Assembly: GCA_033442325.1 (NCBI GenBank)
Contig: JAWQFM010000027.1
Location: 67,844-131,843, forward strand
Direction: 5' to 3'
Origin: Salpingoeca rosetta
Taxonomy: Eukaryota > Protista > Choanoflagellata
DNA: 64,000 nt
Position numbers and translations under genes: made by a program. The notes below the pieces were generated by a model. It was not told where the DNA came from, did not search any database, and saw only the letters and a program-made list of their open reading frames with translations. Positions within the stretch are counted from its first letter, which is position 1, and the number at the start of each line of letters is the position of its first letter. Positions 51,039 through 64,000 of this stretch are shown here, one piece after another.

Positions 51039-52326
51039 ATGGACGGTCGAATCGGTGCTGTTGAGCACTACGGACCAAGCGACGACGAGGAACACCAACA
51101 GCCGGCCACCAGAAATGCAAGTGACCGCGATGCAGCCCTCAAGCAAGGCAGTCGCCCCCAGTTCTTGACACCATCCCCGGAGCTGCTCGGCGACGGTGAT
51201 ATTGATGACGATGGTGATGAGTGTGGTGGTGACGATGGTGATGGTGACGACATTGACGATGCTGATTATCGTGATGAGGATTGGGGAAACTGCGTAGAGG
51301 AGGAGCCGCGGCAAGCTCAAAATGAAGGGGAAGAGGATTACCATGACAAAGCAGCTGTTGTTGCAGGGGAGGGTAAGGAGGATGGTGACGCGAATGAAAA
51401 CAGGCAAGACCAGCAAGGGGAACCGGAATATGCACAAGAGCAACAGCAGCGGGACAGAGGGCAACGTACACAAGGCCAGGATCGAGCCAGTGAACAGAGG
51501 GCAGACAGCCGACAACAAGGGGAGGATGGGCCTGTGACGAGGCAGGTTGAGTTGGTGGTGGTACCTGTGAGAGGCCGGCGAACACACGCTTCTGGATTCA
51601 ACACTGGTGCCCACGGCAGCAAGGATGCTGCTCGCAGCGGTGGTGGTGGTGATGACGGCAGCGGCACTGAAGACAGTCAAGAGCTGACAGACGCACAGAG
51701 CTCGCAGGCGCCGTACGAGGGTGATGTCGACAGCTACGACGCAAGCAACTCGCTGGACGGCGAGCAAGAAGTCAGCACGGGATTGCCTGCAGGCACACGC
51801 GACTTGCGCATGCGGCGGCCATCGCTGCTGGTGGAGGTGCCATCAACGGATGACCTTGTCATGGAGGGGACAGCGCTTGTACCAACAACACCGACTGAGC
51901 CCTCCACACCGCGACACGTGCGTGTTTTGGTTGCGAGATTTGGGCGGTGGCGGCGGGATTGAGTGGAAGGGTGGATGGAGTGGAAGAGATGGTGTGCAGG
52001 GTACTTGTTTGCTTGTGGATGTGCCTGCGCCTGTGCCTGTGCGTGTGTGGGTGTGGGTGGGTGGGTGTGGGTGTGATTTGTTTTCCTGTTCCTTGGCTCA
52101 CTTTTGCCTCGGTACTTTACTATCACCGTGTGCATTTTCATGTGTGTGCATGGACGTGTGTGTGCATGGACGTGTGTGTATGGACGTGTGTGTATGGACG
52201 TGTGTGTGCATGTGCTGCTGCAGTTGCACGACACGAGCGAGCCGTCGAGTGGCATCACCACTCCCTGGACCGACGAGCCCGGTGCGACTGCCATGCCGCC
52301 CTGGCGTGCATGTCTCCATGTGTCTC

Positions 52327-52385
<59 letters not shown>

Positions 52386-52444
52386 ACGTGCCCCTATGAC
52401 CTGCCATCCCTCCCCCAACCTGCCAATGTTCTCACAATGCGTGT

Positions 52445-52535
<91 letters not shown>

Positions 52536-52846
52536 TGTGTGTGTGTTCGTGCAGACGACGGGTCTGGGCCGCCTCGCCGCCGCCGTCGTCGTCGTCGTGC
52601 TGTTCAACACGGGGACGCGCCAGCACCCCGCTTCACACGTGCGTCTGATATGTACCGCCATCATGATGATTGCGGTGGTCGTGGTGAGCCGGTAGTGATG
52701 AGGTCGCAGCTGTTGGCGTGATTGCCGTCAGGTGTGGCCGCCGACTGCTCTGTGTGCTACTAACATACATTCACGTTTTCACAACACATGTCTCACCACA
52801 CACACACACATTCACACACACACACACACACACACGCTTACACACA

Positions 52847-52882
<36 letters not shown>

Positions 52883-53507
52883 TACACACACATTCACACA
52901 CACATGTGCGCGCGGTGCGACGGCAGAGGAGTACATGCTGAATGGCGAGATGCTGGGGCGCGGGGCGTTTGCTGTTGTTCGCGGGTGTCTCAGCAAACGC
53001 ACATACAAACGCGCCGCCGTCAAGATCATCGCAAAGCGCTCGCGGTCACGCACATCCGACGCGGTGCGCTGGTGCTGATGTGTCTGGCTGGCTGTCTGGC
53101 TGTCTGGCTGGCTGGCTGTTTGTCTGTCTGGCTGTCTGTCTGGCTGTCTTTGTGTCTCTGGCTGGCTGTCTGTCTGTGTGTATCTGTGGTTCCTCGACAT
53201 CACTCCATCCGCTTCCCCCCTTCTTCCTCCTCCTCCTCACCACCACCACCACCACCACCATGGTTGCGAGCAGGCGAGCATGACGGGGTCCACGGTGCCG
53301 AAACCGCTGCTGCCGTCGACGGGCCAGCGGCCGACCCGCGACCAGATCATGAGCGAGCGAGATACACTGCTGCGATGCAAAGGGCAGCCCAACATTGTGC
53401 AGCTGCTTGACTTCTACGAGGACCGCGTGGCCTTCTTCTTCGTCTTTGAGCGGCTGGAAGGGGGCGACCTTCTCCAGCACATCCGCGTACGTCTTCGTGG
53501 TGTTGTT

Positions 53508-53577
<70 letters not shown>

Positions 53578-54195
53578 TGTGTGTGCTCCACTGTACCTCG
53601 GTCTCCCCCCCCCCCTCCGCTCACTCTCACTCACTCACTCACTCACCTCCGCTCACTCTCTCTCACTCACCACCACCACCACCAGCGTCGGAGCGCGTTC
53701 CTGGAGCGGGAGGCGTGTCTCGTTGCTCGGGACATCGCCACTGGACTCAGCTTCCTCCACTCTCAAGGTGACACTCACACACACACACTCACACACACAC
53801 GTACTCATGATGGCTACGTATACATGCATGTTCATGTGCGTTGTCTGTCTTGGCCTGTCTGCCTGCCCATCTTTGTCTCCTCCTTGCTGCCTGCACAAAT
53901 GTCCCAACGCTGCTCACCTTTGCTTCTCTTCAACCCAAAAACCACGACCACGCAATGCCCACCACCACAACCACCACCCTCCCCCTCCATTTGCAACCCC
54001 ACAGGCATTGTTCATCGTGATGTGAAGCCGCAAAACATCCTGTGCCGCTCGAAATCGCAGGTCAGTCCACACGTGTGCGTATGTGTGTTTGTGTGTGTTT
54101 GTGTGTGTTTGTGTGCGTGTGTGTGCTGTGTGTGCATTCGCCTTGCTACGTTGTGTAACGTGCAGCCCTCACCCCACCATTACCTCGACCACCGC

Positions 54196-54257
<62 letters not shown>

Positions 54258-54394
54258 CCGTTGTAATCACTGTTGACAGGTGATACCAGCGAAGTTGTGC
54301 GACTTCAACCTGTCGTACAACAGCCATTACAGCGGCTCCCACGACCACTTTCTCATCCCGGTAAGCACTGCAATGACAGCACTTGATGCTGCAC

Positions 54395-54446
<52 letters not shown>

Positions 54447-55661
54447 GTCTCTCGTGCACATGGTCATCCACAACAAGCACCCACGTAACTCACGACCACC
54501 ACTGTCACTACCATCACCATCGCACACGGCCGTGTTCAGGCGGGCACGTTGGAGTACATGTCACCCGAGATGGTGGAGGCGCTGGATGCGCGGACCGCAG
54601 CGCCGAACAGCCCGGCGACGGACGTGTGGGGTCTTGGCGTCATCGTCTTTGTCATCCTCTCAGGTGTGCACGCACGCACACACTCGTACATGCGTGCACA
54701 CCCACGACTTCACACACACCACATACACATCACACACATGTACATATGTGCGATCACTGCCATCATGCCTGGGTGGATGGTTCAAAGTGTATTGAACATC
54801 AAGGCCCCCCCCCACCTCCACCGTCGTCACCTCCTTTTCTCACACCACCACCAATGCCACCACCAATGCCACCACGATCAGGGCTGCACCCGTTTGTTGG
54901 GACACATCGCATTGCAAGTTTTGTGCAGGGAAATCTTCGCGACATGCGAGCGGTAATGGAATGCGATGGCCAATGTGATTGTCGATTGCATCAGTTTCGT
55001 GCCTTCACATACACGCACTCACACATCTTACTCATACATGCACACAACACACTCATACACGGACTCTCTCCCTTCTTTTCTTGTTCCTTGCAGGATGAGG
55101 TGATGGATGACATTATGGACATCACGTACAGCACTGACGACGACGAGTGGGCGATTGTGAGCCCGGAGGCGAAGGAATTCGTGGCTTCCATCCTCGTCTA
55201 TGAAGAGGAGGTGCACACACACATACATGCTTGCACAAGCACGCACACTCTTTCGCAATTGCGTGCACACATACACACACAATCGCACACGCGCGCCTTG
55301 CCGAGTGCCTGGTTCTCGGTGCTCGATGATTGATGAGTGATGATTGATGCTTGCACCCACCGCGCCATTGTATCTCCTCCTCTCGTTCGTCGTGATCCCG
55401 TGCTTTGTTCTCTTCTCACGCACAAAATGTCTCCACACATCGCCACGATGATCTGCTTTGCATCATCACATCACAACTGCTCGCCATCCCGCCGTGCCAG
55501 CGCCCAACCATTGACGATGTGCTGGAACACCCGTGGATGACCGATGGGCAGGCGAACAAGACGCTCCTCGCAACACCACGCGTCCTCAGAGAGAGGTGCT
55601 TCATGATGGCTTGTGTGTTGCCTGCAAGCACACACACACATACTTGTGCTGTCGTATGCGT

Positions 55662-55731
<70 letters not shown>

Positions 55732-56230
55732 ACAAACACACACATACATACCGTCCCCGCCTACCAACCGCTTCAATTCACCATCCATCCACCAGGGCGA
55801 TCCAGAACGGGCTGCAGGAGTTCAGCCGGCGCCTGGCGGCAGAGAAGCAGCGCAAGCTGTCGTACGTGTGTGAACCCCAACGCCAGCGCAGACCCTCAGA
55901 CATCACATGTAAGCAAGCAAGCTGTGCACGTGCCTGAACGTGTTTGTGTTTGTGTTTGTGCTTCTTGTATCCTACTTCATATCTGCGCCCAGCTCACGTG
56001 CCCTGTTGTACCACCTCTCCCTCTCTCCCATCACCCCCGGCCCCCACCTTCCAGCGGTAGTGTCGCCAGTTGGTCCTGAGAATGGCAATCACAACGACGA
56101 CGACGATGGCGATGGCGATGGCGATGGTGATGTGTTTGTGGACGATGGTGATGACCCTCGTGCGCTGTCTCGCCCGCCGTCATCAAACAACAGCTCAAGC
56201 CGCGCCACGCGCCCACAGACTCTCTCATAG
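51039..56230 (+). CDS. CAMK-group Ser/Thr kinase, MNK (MAPK-interacting kinase)-like, with a long acidic N-terminus; many exons
   Basis: LGRGAFAVV, AVKII, CKGQPNIVQLLDFYED...VFERLEGGDLL, FLEREACLVARDIA, HRDVKPQNILC, PAKLCDFNL, GTLEYMSPEMV, DVWGLG, PFVG, EHPWM...LATPRVLRE. Collinear with MNK1/2. Confidence 0.9.
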
Positions 56231-56647
56231 CACCAAGTGTGCGCGCGCACGTGTGCAGGTGTGCATGATGCTGTTGCTGTTCACTGCGCCTGTTACGAGG
56301 AAGGGGGTTATATTTGCATGTGCTTGTGTGCACTGCTGGTATTTTGATGTGCAGGTCAACATCTGCAACCACTCTTCTGCAATACATGTCAGAGACTGTT
56401 GTGGCGGAAGGCTTGAGAGTGTTGTGACGGAAGGCTTGAGAGAGGAGAGACAACACACATGCACACATGCACACACACATACACACATCTGGTGGATCGT
56501 CGCTTTCAAACTGCGCACAGAGGAAAGCGTGTGCGAAACGTGGATCGAAACCCAAACAAAATCCCAACAACAAAAGAGCAAGGACCACGTCAACACTGGA
56601 CACTGCGTAGGCGAGGACAGGAACCACCAGCACCATCAGCAGCAGCC

Positions 56648-56891
56648 ATGGCTGACGTGAGCGACCCAGCGATTGAGGAGACCATCTTCGATGTGCGCAG
56701 TGATGCGACCGACACGGACTGGTGTGCCATTGGCTACAAGGGCAAGGGCGTGCTTGGCGTCGCCGGCAGCGGTTCCGGCGGACACGCTGCGCTCATGGAC
56801 TTTCTCCAAGACGACAAGGTGCAGTCTTCTCGTTCGCTGGAGGCTGTTGTATGTGGTTTCCATTTCTGCTCATGTGCTGCGTGTGTGTGTT

Positions 56892-56943
<52 letters not shown>

Positions 56944-57905
56944 CGTGTCTGTGTGTGTGTGTGCGTATGTGTGCGTGTGTGTGCATGTGTGTTGGCTCGT
57001 TTGCGGCCGCAAGTGCTTGCTTGCTTGCCTCTCGGCTGGCTGACTGTCGCATACCTGCCATGGCCCTCACGTGAGTGTTGTCTGACGTCCACCGCACTTC
57101 TGATCCGTCGTCTGTGAGCAGGCGTACTTCTGCCTGCTGCGGCTGCTGGACGGCGACCAAGAGTCCAAGCGCGTCAAGTTTGTTGCCCTGACGTATGTTG
57201 GGGAAGGTGTGGGTGGCATGAGCCGTGCACGCGTCGGTGTGCACACGGGCTCCATTCGTCCTCTTCTCGGGCAATGCAACGTCGATCTCACCGCTGACAA
57301 CAAGCGTGAGTGCACCGAGTCCATCATCCGCAAGAAGCTCAAGGTGTGTGTCTGTGTGTGTGTGCGTGTGTGTGATTGTGTGTGCGTGTGTGTGTGTGTG
57401 CGTGTGTGTGTGTGCGTGCGTGCGTGCGTGTGATTGTGTGTGCGTGTGTGTGTGATTGTGTGTGCGTGTGTGTGTGTGCGTGTGTGTGTGTGTGTGTGCG
57501 TGTGTGCATGTGCGTGCGTGTGTATGGGCTTGCTTCACTTCTCCTTTCTGTGTGTGCGTGTGTGCATGCATTCGTCACCCCACTTCTGCGTGTTAATATT
57601 TGTGGCGAAGCCTCCTCGAACGACCAACGCTGCTTGCTTCTTGCTGATTGTTCGCAACCACCACTTGCTGCACACGTGCGCCAGATTGCTGGCGGTGCCG
57701 ACTATGACACTGGCTCCAACGCCAAGGGCTACAAGTCCGAGGCAAAAAGTCTCCGAGCCAAGGCGCTTGCCACCTACCAGCAAAAGGTTGTGTGTGTGCG
57801 TGTATGTGTTTGTGCTTGTACGTGTGTTTGAGCATGTAAGTGTAATTGATCATGTAAGTGTTTTTTTGTGCATATGCTTGCGCTGCATGTTGTGGGGATG
57901 TGCCT

Positions 57906-57963
<58 letters not shown>

Positions 57964-60848
57964 GCGTGCGTTGCAGAGGGACCCATAACTTGAGATTGAA
58001 CGAGCCATTCCGTTTTGCTTTTCCCCTCTCACACCAAGTGTCTCTGTGCATGCTGCAGGAGAAAGAAGGCACGGTGTCTGGCATTGTGTACACGAAGAGC
58101 GCACTGCCCTCAACCACGCCCGTCGACCTCAGCGGTCGCAAGATGGTCGCCCCGCCAACCGAAGCCAAGAAGTCCGTGGCTATGCTTGTCTGTGTGCGTG
58201 TGTCTGTCTGTGTGTATATATGTGTGTGTGCGCGCATGTGTGAGTGTCTGTGTGTGTGTGTGTGTGTGTCTGTGTCTGTGTCTGTGTGTCTGCGTCTGTG
58301 TGTTTGTCTGTCTGCCTATGCATTTGTGCGTGTCACTCGTTTGGTTGTCTCCTTGCTTCTGCGTCTGCGTGTCTCGTTCATGTACATGTGCGCTTGCGTG
58401 CGCGCGTTGAATTGCCAGTCCGGCCGCGGCCATCCTTATTCCCGTTTGTCTATCCCTCCCGACTCCTTCCTCGTTGCAGCGTCCTCTCTGTTCCTTCCTA
58501 CTCTCCCTCCCCATCCGCCTGTGTTGCTGCTCACATGCCCGCACAACCACCATCTCCATCCACCCATCCACCTACCACCACCACCACCACCACCATCATC
58601 ATCATCACCACCACCACCCTCCCCCCATGCAGGAACATCCGTGACACGATTGTGGACACGAGCAAGTTCCGTGGTCGCGTCGCCACGTATTCAGGCTCGA
58701 CGGCAGCACAGCGCGGTGCGCAATGGTGATGGGATTTTGTTTTTGGTTTTGCAGGCATGCAGCTCACCCTGCTTGAACTGTGTTTTTGGCGCTCTGTTTG
58801 TTGGTGTCCATCTCTCACGTAACAACTCATCACATGATCGATCCATCGCTTCGCTTGATACACACACACACACACACGAACAGCCAAGGCAAAGCCTGCT
58901 GCTGCAGCCAAGCCCAAGCCTGCGGCAAAGCCCAAACCTGCACCTGCTGAGAAGCCCAAGCCAGCCGCCAAGCCAAAGACGGCTGAAAAGCCTGCTGAGA
59001 AGCCAGCACCTGCTGAGAAGCCGCCCGTGCTCGCACGCAAACCGTCCGTCAACCGCAAGCCTTGTACGCCATCGCCTGTGCGTGTGTTGTGTGTGTGTTG
59101 TGTGTGTATGTGTTTGGGAGGAGTTCAGTACGTGCTGCCTTCTTGTTCTTGCTGACATGTTTGTCCGTGTGTATGTGTATCTGTCTTCTCTTTGCGTGTG
59201 TCTGTGTGTGTGTGTTGTTTTTTTTTTGGACAGCGGTTGGCGCCAAACCGAAGCTCGCAGCCAAGCCCAAGCCCGCTGTGAACGGTCACACGAACCAGGA
59301 CACTCAGGACAAGTCCAAGGTGTGCTGCTGTATGTGTGTGTGCGTGCGTGTGTGCGTGCCCCCGCGCGCGGTTGTTGTTCGTTTACTACTGCGCTCTTGC
59401 TTGAAAAACACTCACCCTTGCTGGCACATGCCCACGCACACATACATCCCATGGCCCTTGCACCTTTGCAATACTCCATGGTCTCAGTTCGTCGCCGAGA
59501 AGACCGCCCCAGCCACTGGCGAGGGTGGCCGACGCAGCACATGGGTACACGCACGCACGCACGCACGCACTACAGCATGCATTGCTACAGGCGTCCTCGA
59601 TATGGACCCGCTGTGTTGTGTGACCATCACGCACGCCGATACACACACACACACACTGACACAATTACGCACACACATCACAAACATGACACATACTTAC
59701 TCACACACTGATTTACTCACGCTGACACACACCATCCCCGGTATCATACGTCATGTGTGAGCAGAGCATGTCGAGCGGGCCGATCATTGAGGACGCGGAC
59801 GAGCGCGCCCGTCTCCGCGCGGAGGCGAGGAAGGCCAAGCGCGAGGCAGCCGCAGCCAGGGTGAGCACACATTGCGTGTGCACCTGTGTTTATGTGTGGT
59901 GCTACTGTTGACAGCAACTCTTGGCTGCACCCGCGTACAGCTGTTGGAAGCAACTGTGAGCAACTCTTCTCTCACGGTCCTCTGCTGCTTTCATGCATGT
60001 TGTCATCAAACACACACACACAACACACACACACAACACACACACACAACACAACACACACACCACACAACACACACACACACAACACATGCTGTCCCTG
60101 TGCCTGCTGCAGGCGCGGGAGGAGGCGCGTGCGGTGCGGATGGCAGCGATGGGATCACCGGCAACGCGGCGGTCGCGCAAGGCGGCGGCGGCGCAGCCCG
60201 TGGTGGTGGACGATGATGGAGACGAGGGCGACAAGGGGGCGGTCGTGGTCGATGCGAAGAAGAAGGAAGAGGAGGAGGAGGAGGAACAGCGCAAGCAGGA
60301 GGAGGAGGAAGAACGGGAGAGGAAGGAGGAAGAAGAGGCTGCTGCGAAGAAACAAGCCGAAGAGGAAGAACGGGAGAGGAAGGAGGAGGAGGCAAGGAAG
60401 CAAGCTGAGGAGGAAGAGGCAGCCAAGAAGCAAGCTGAGGAGGAAGAGGCTGCCAAGAAGCAAGCTGAGCAAGAGGAAGAGAGGAAGAAGAAGGAAGAGG
60501 AGGAGGAGGCTGCCAAGAAGCGAGCTGAGCAAGAGGAAGAAGAGAAAGCACGCAAAGAACAAGAGAAGAAGAAGTCATCGGGCAAGGCATCTCTCTTTGA
60601 GGATGATGAGGAGGACTTTGACGAAGACGAGCTCTTTGTAAGCATGCGAAACAGTTGGTTCTCGGTTGGCGTTGGCTCGTGTCATATTGCATCGTCACGT
60701 GCTCGCGTATCCACCCCATCGTGCTCACACACTACACACACACACACACGCACCATGTTTTTCTCAGGGAAAGAAGGCGGCCGAGCAGCCAAAGAAGACG
60801 ACATCGTCCCTCTTTGCTGACGACGACGACGACGAGGACGAGGCAGAG
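56648..60848 (+). CDS. ADF-H (coactosin/drebrin/Abp1-type) actin-binding protein with K/P/A linker, E/K coiled coil and LF-acidic motifs; 3' end probably in the gap
   Basis: DVRSDATDTDWCAIGY...GSGSGG...LQDD | AYFCLLRLLDGDQESKRVKFVALTYVGEGV...RARVGVH...| IAGGADYD is a coactosin-like ADF-H domain. Later exons splice in frame to SLFEDDEEDFDEDELF | ...SSLFADDDDDEDE. Confidence 0.87.
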
Positions 60849-60989
<141 letters not shown>

Positions 60990-61769
60990 NNNNNNNNNNN
61001 NNNNNNNNNNNNNNNNNNNNNNNNNNNNNNNNNNNNNNNNNNNNNNNNNNNNNNNNNNNNNNNNNNNNNNNNNNNNNNNNNNNNNNNNNNNNNNNNNNNN
61101 NNNNNNNNNNNNNNNNNNNNNNNNNNNNNNNNNNNNNNNNNNNNNNNNNNNNNNNNNNNNNNNNNNNNNNNNNNNNNNNNNNNNNNNNNNNNNNNNNNNN
61201 NNNNNNNNNNNNNNNNNNNNNNNNNNNNNNNNNNNNNNNNNNNNNNNNNNNNNNNNNNNNNNNNNNNNNNNNNNNNNNNNNNNNNNNNNNNNNNNNNNNN
61301 NNNNNNNNNNNNNNNNNNNNNNNNNNNNNNNNNNNNNNNNNNNNNNNNNNNNNNNNNNNNNNNNNNNNNNNNNNNNNNNNNNNNNNNNNNNNNNNNNNNN
61401 NNNNNNNNNNNNNNNNNNNNNNNNNNNNNNNNNNNNNNNNNNNNNNNNNNNNNNNNNNNNNNNNNNNNNNNNNNNNNNNNNNNNNNNNNNNNNNNNNNNN
61501 NNNNNNNNNNNNNNNNNNNNNNNNNNNNNNNNNNNNNNNNNNNNNNNNNNNNNNNNNNNNNNNNNNNNNNNNNNNNNNNNNNNNNNNNNNNNNNNNNNNN
61601 NNNNNNNNNNNNNNNNNNNNNNNNNNNNNNNNNNNNNNNNNNNNNNNNNNNNNNNNNNNNNNNNNNNNNNNNNNNNNNNNNNNNNNNNNNNNNNNNNNNN
61701 NNNNNNNNNNNNNNNNNNNNNNNNNNNNNNNNNNNNNNNNNNNNNNNNNNNNNNNNNNNNNNNNNNNNN
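60990..61769. other. Assembly gap (780 N) flanked by (CA)n
   Basis: Run of N. Confidence 1.
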
Positions 61770-61770
61770 C

Positions 61771-61836
<66 letters not shown>

Positions 61837-63456
61837 AAACACACACCAAACACACACACACACTACACACACACACTACACACACACACGCACGCACACA
61901 CACGCACGCACCACACCAAACAAGCACACCAAACAAGCACATCCGTCGCCATTGATGCAATCTTTCTGCGGGTTGGGTGGGGTGGTCGTTCTGCCCCATT
62001 TCGATTTGGTTGATGCGCATGACATCATTTTTCTCGGAACTGACGGTCCCGCGCGCGTATCGTGGCGTGTTGCTGTTTTGGTTTTGGTGACTTGCACAAG
62101 TTGTTTGGCAAGGCTGAGTTGCCGCAAGCACCGGCAACAACGCAACACCCGCCAGAAGTCGCAGGCCAGTTCCAGGAAGCCGCAGTCACCCTCCCCTTTC
62201 CGACCCTTGTTCGCTTCCTGGAAAAATATGGCCTGCTCCCCCATCCTGACTTTGACGGTGCGCTTTTGCTTGTCCGCGTGCTTGTGTTGCTGGCTTTGGC
62301 TGCTTGTTGTGTGCGATTTTGCGTTCGGCACAACTGGCGTTTGGTTCGTTTGAAACTTCGCGCTTACTCGTTCAACTCACTTTTGCCGCATCTTCATGTA
62401 ATATTCAGGGACCCCTGACGGATTGCGTGAGTTTGTTGAGGCTTGTTGATGACGTTGCGTTTGGTTGACCACGTTGCGAGGCCGCTCGAATTCGCAGAAG
62501 CGCCGACTTCTTGGAATTGCATTGCAGTAAACAAGGGTCTTCCATGCTGTGACGAACTTGTCCAACACAGCCACATCCAAAGAATCAAGCAACACACGCC
62601 ACACGCACACATGCGCACGCTGCATTGTCCCTTTCAGTTTAGCTGTCCCCCCAATACCCTCAAAGAGAAGCAACCACTCACGAAGGCTAGACCGGTGGTG
62701 GCTGGGCGCAGGCAGCTCACTCACTCACTCACACATACGCAAGAAGCAACCGCAAAACAGTGTGCAGCCGATGCATGTTTGAGTGTGCGTGTGCGTGTGT
62801 GTTTGACAGTCTGCATGCCCATTTCCCACTTGTCAACACACGAGCAACAGCAACGGTCGCACACACAGCCCCACAGCTACACATATCATCATCCGCTCCC
62901 ATCTACGCCGAAGCAACCACGACCACACTCTCTTCCATGTTGGTGTGGCACCCCCGCATCCAACTGCAGCCCCCACACTCTTCCGTCTCTCCTTTCCCTG
63001 TTGGCTTGATTGCTTGAGCGTGCACCACCCTGCAAGTGACAAGCACAGCCCCTTCTCACTCAAACACACACACATAGCACACACATACACACAGACATAC
63101 ACAGCCACACACGCACGCACACACACAGCCACACACGCATTCACACACGCACGCAAACATACCCATCCCGGGTCTTCTTTTTACATTGATCAACCGTCTC
63201 CTCTCCTCCCCCCCCCCCTCCTCCCAACGTCGCTACACCGCCCCTTCTCTTATCCACATCAGTTGCTTGGATGTCGTCCTCAGTGGCACTCCACAACCCC
63301 AGCCACACCTCTTCCCCTGCCTCCCTTTCCTCTGCCCCTTGTTCTCCGCTCTCCTCCGCGGCGTCGTCCCTCTGCCCAGGTGACGACCCCCTCCCGTCCA
63401 AACACACCGCAGCAGGCGTCTGCCCCTTTGACCTTCTCCGCCTTGCGGTTGTGTTC

Positions 63457-64000
63457 ATGGACGACAACGACGACAAACACCAACACGCCAGCTGCAGCGG
63501 CGTGCAGCAGCAGCAGCAGCAACACCGACAACGGCAATCGCAATCGCAGCTGCTGCAGCAGCAGCAGCACAGCAACACCGGCCATGGCCACGACAGGTTC
63601 AGACCGGCCAGCCACCGTGGCAGCGGCTTGAGTGCAGGAAGCAATCCTGACGCCCTTTCCACCACCACCACCACAACCACGACGATGACAAGCACCAACA
63701 GCAGCAGTAATAACCGCAGCAGTGGCAGCAGCAGTGGCTACGAGCAAGGCAGTGACACCCGTGTCCGCCAGCGCCGGCACCCACGATCAAGCAAGGCACC
63801 CACTACCCAACACGATACCCAACGCGATTCCCAACGCGACACCAGTTACAGTAGCAGCAGTGGCGGCAGCAGCAGCAAGAAGCACACCAAGCACACCAAG
63901 CACAACAAGAAGAAGAAGAAGAAGCACAGTGATCAGCACAGCGATCAGCACAGCCACAACCACGGCAGCAGCCAGAAGCGGGACGCGGTTTTGGCTGGCG
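63457..64000 (+). CDS. 5' part of a gene with a low-complexity N-terminus, running off the window end
   Basis: ATG at 63457 opens a frame MDDNDDKHQH...QQQQ...SSSS...KKKKKK... with no stop before the window end. Composition resembles other first exons here. Confidence 0.55.
   Translation, partial: MDDNDDKHQHASCSGVQQQQQQHRQRQSQSQLLQQQQHSNTGHGHDRFRPASHRGSGLSAGSNPDALSTTTTTTTTMTSTNSSSNNRSSGSSSGYEQGSDTRVRQRRHPRSSKAPTTQHDTQRDSQRDTSYSSSSGGSSSKKHTKHTKHNKKKKKKHSDQHSDQHSHNHGSSQKRDAVLAG

Noticed and set aside
62062-62418. 118-aa ORF with a hydrophobic stretch
   Set aside because: Non-ATG start, no recognisable motif and no clear splice context. Probably intergenic or UTR.

Overview
Gene-dense, intron-rich eukaryotic genomic DNA. 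Introns and UTRs are full of (GT)n/(CA)n microsatellites, and there are three assembly gaps. The style and gene content (fascin, Tyr-motif receptors, MNK-like kinase) suggest a choanoflagellate such as Salpingoeca rosetta; this is inference only. About 18 spliced genes can be reconstructed by hand: a mitochondrial carrier, a RanBP2-ZnF/FxFG nucleoporin-like protein, TOM22, PTS, fascin, an Asteroid-like PIN/XPG nuclease, thioredoxin, a low-complexity unknown, a DEDDh exonuclease with a C-terminal dsRBD-like domain, two tandem paralogous mucin-stalk receptors, a bacterial-type amidohydrolase head-to-head with a secreted PL8 (chondroitin/hyaluronate lyase-type) enzyme, RPS17, a TMX3/PDI-like protein, an MNK-like kinase, an ADF-H protein with LF-acidic motifs, and a partial gene at the right edge. 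The most notable signals are: (1) the receptor pair, which shares a Tyr-rich tail ending in an ITAM-spaced YDNIGDDGxxxY motif under different ectodomains; (2) the endogenous EroS-class PL8 lyase paired with the amidohydrolase; (3) a ~410 bp compositionally alien block sitting where the second receptor's transmembrane exon should be; (4) the exonuclease-dsRBD fusion. Most ORFs in the supplied track are microsatellite or antisense artefacts. Exon boundaries were read by eye from GT..AG sites and are approximate.
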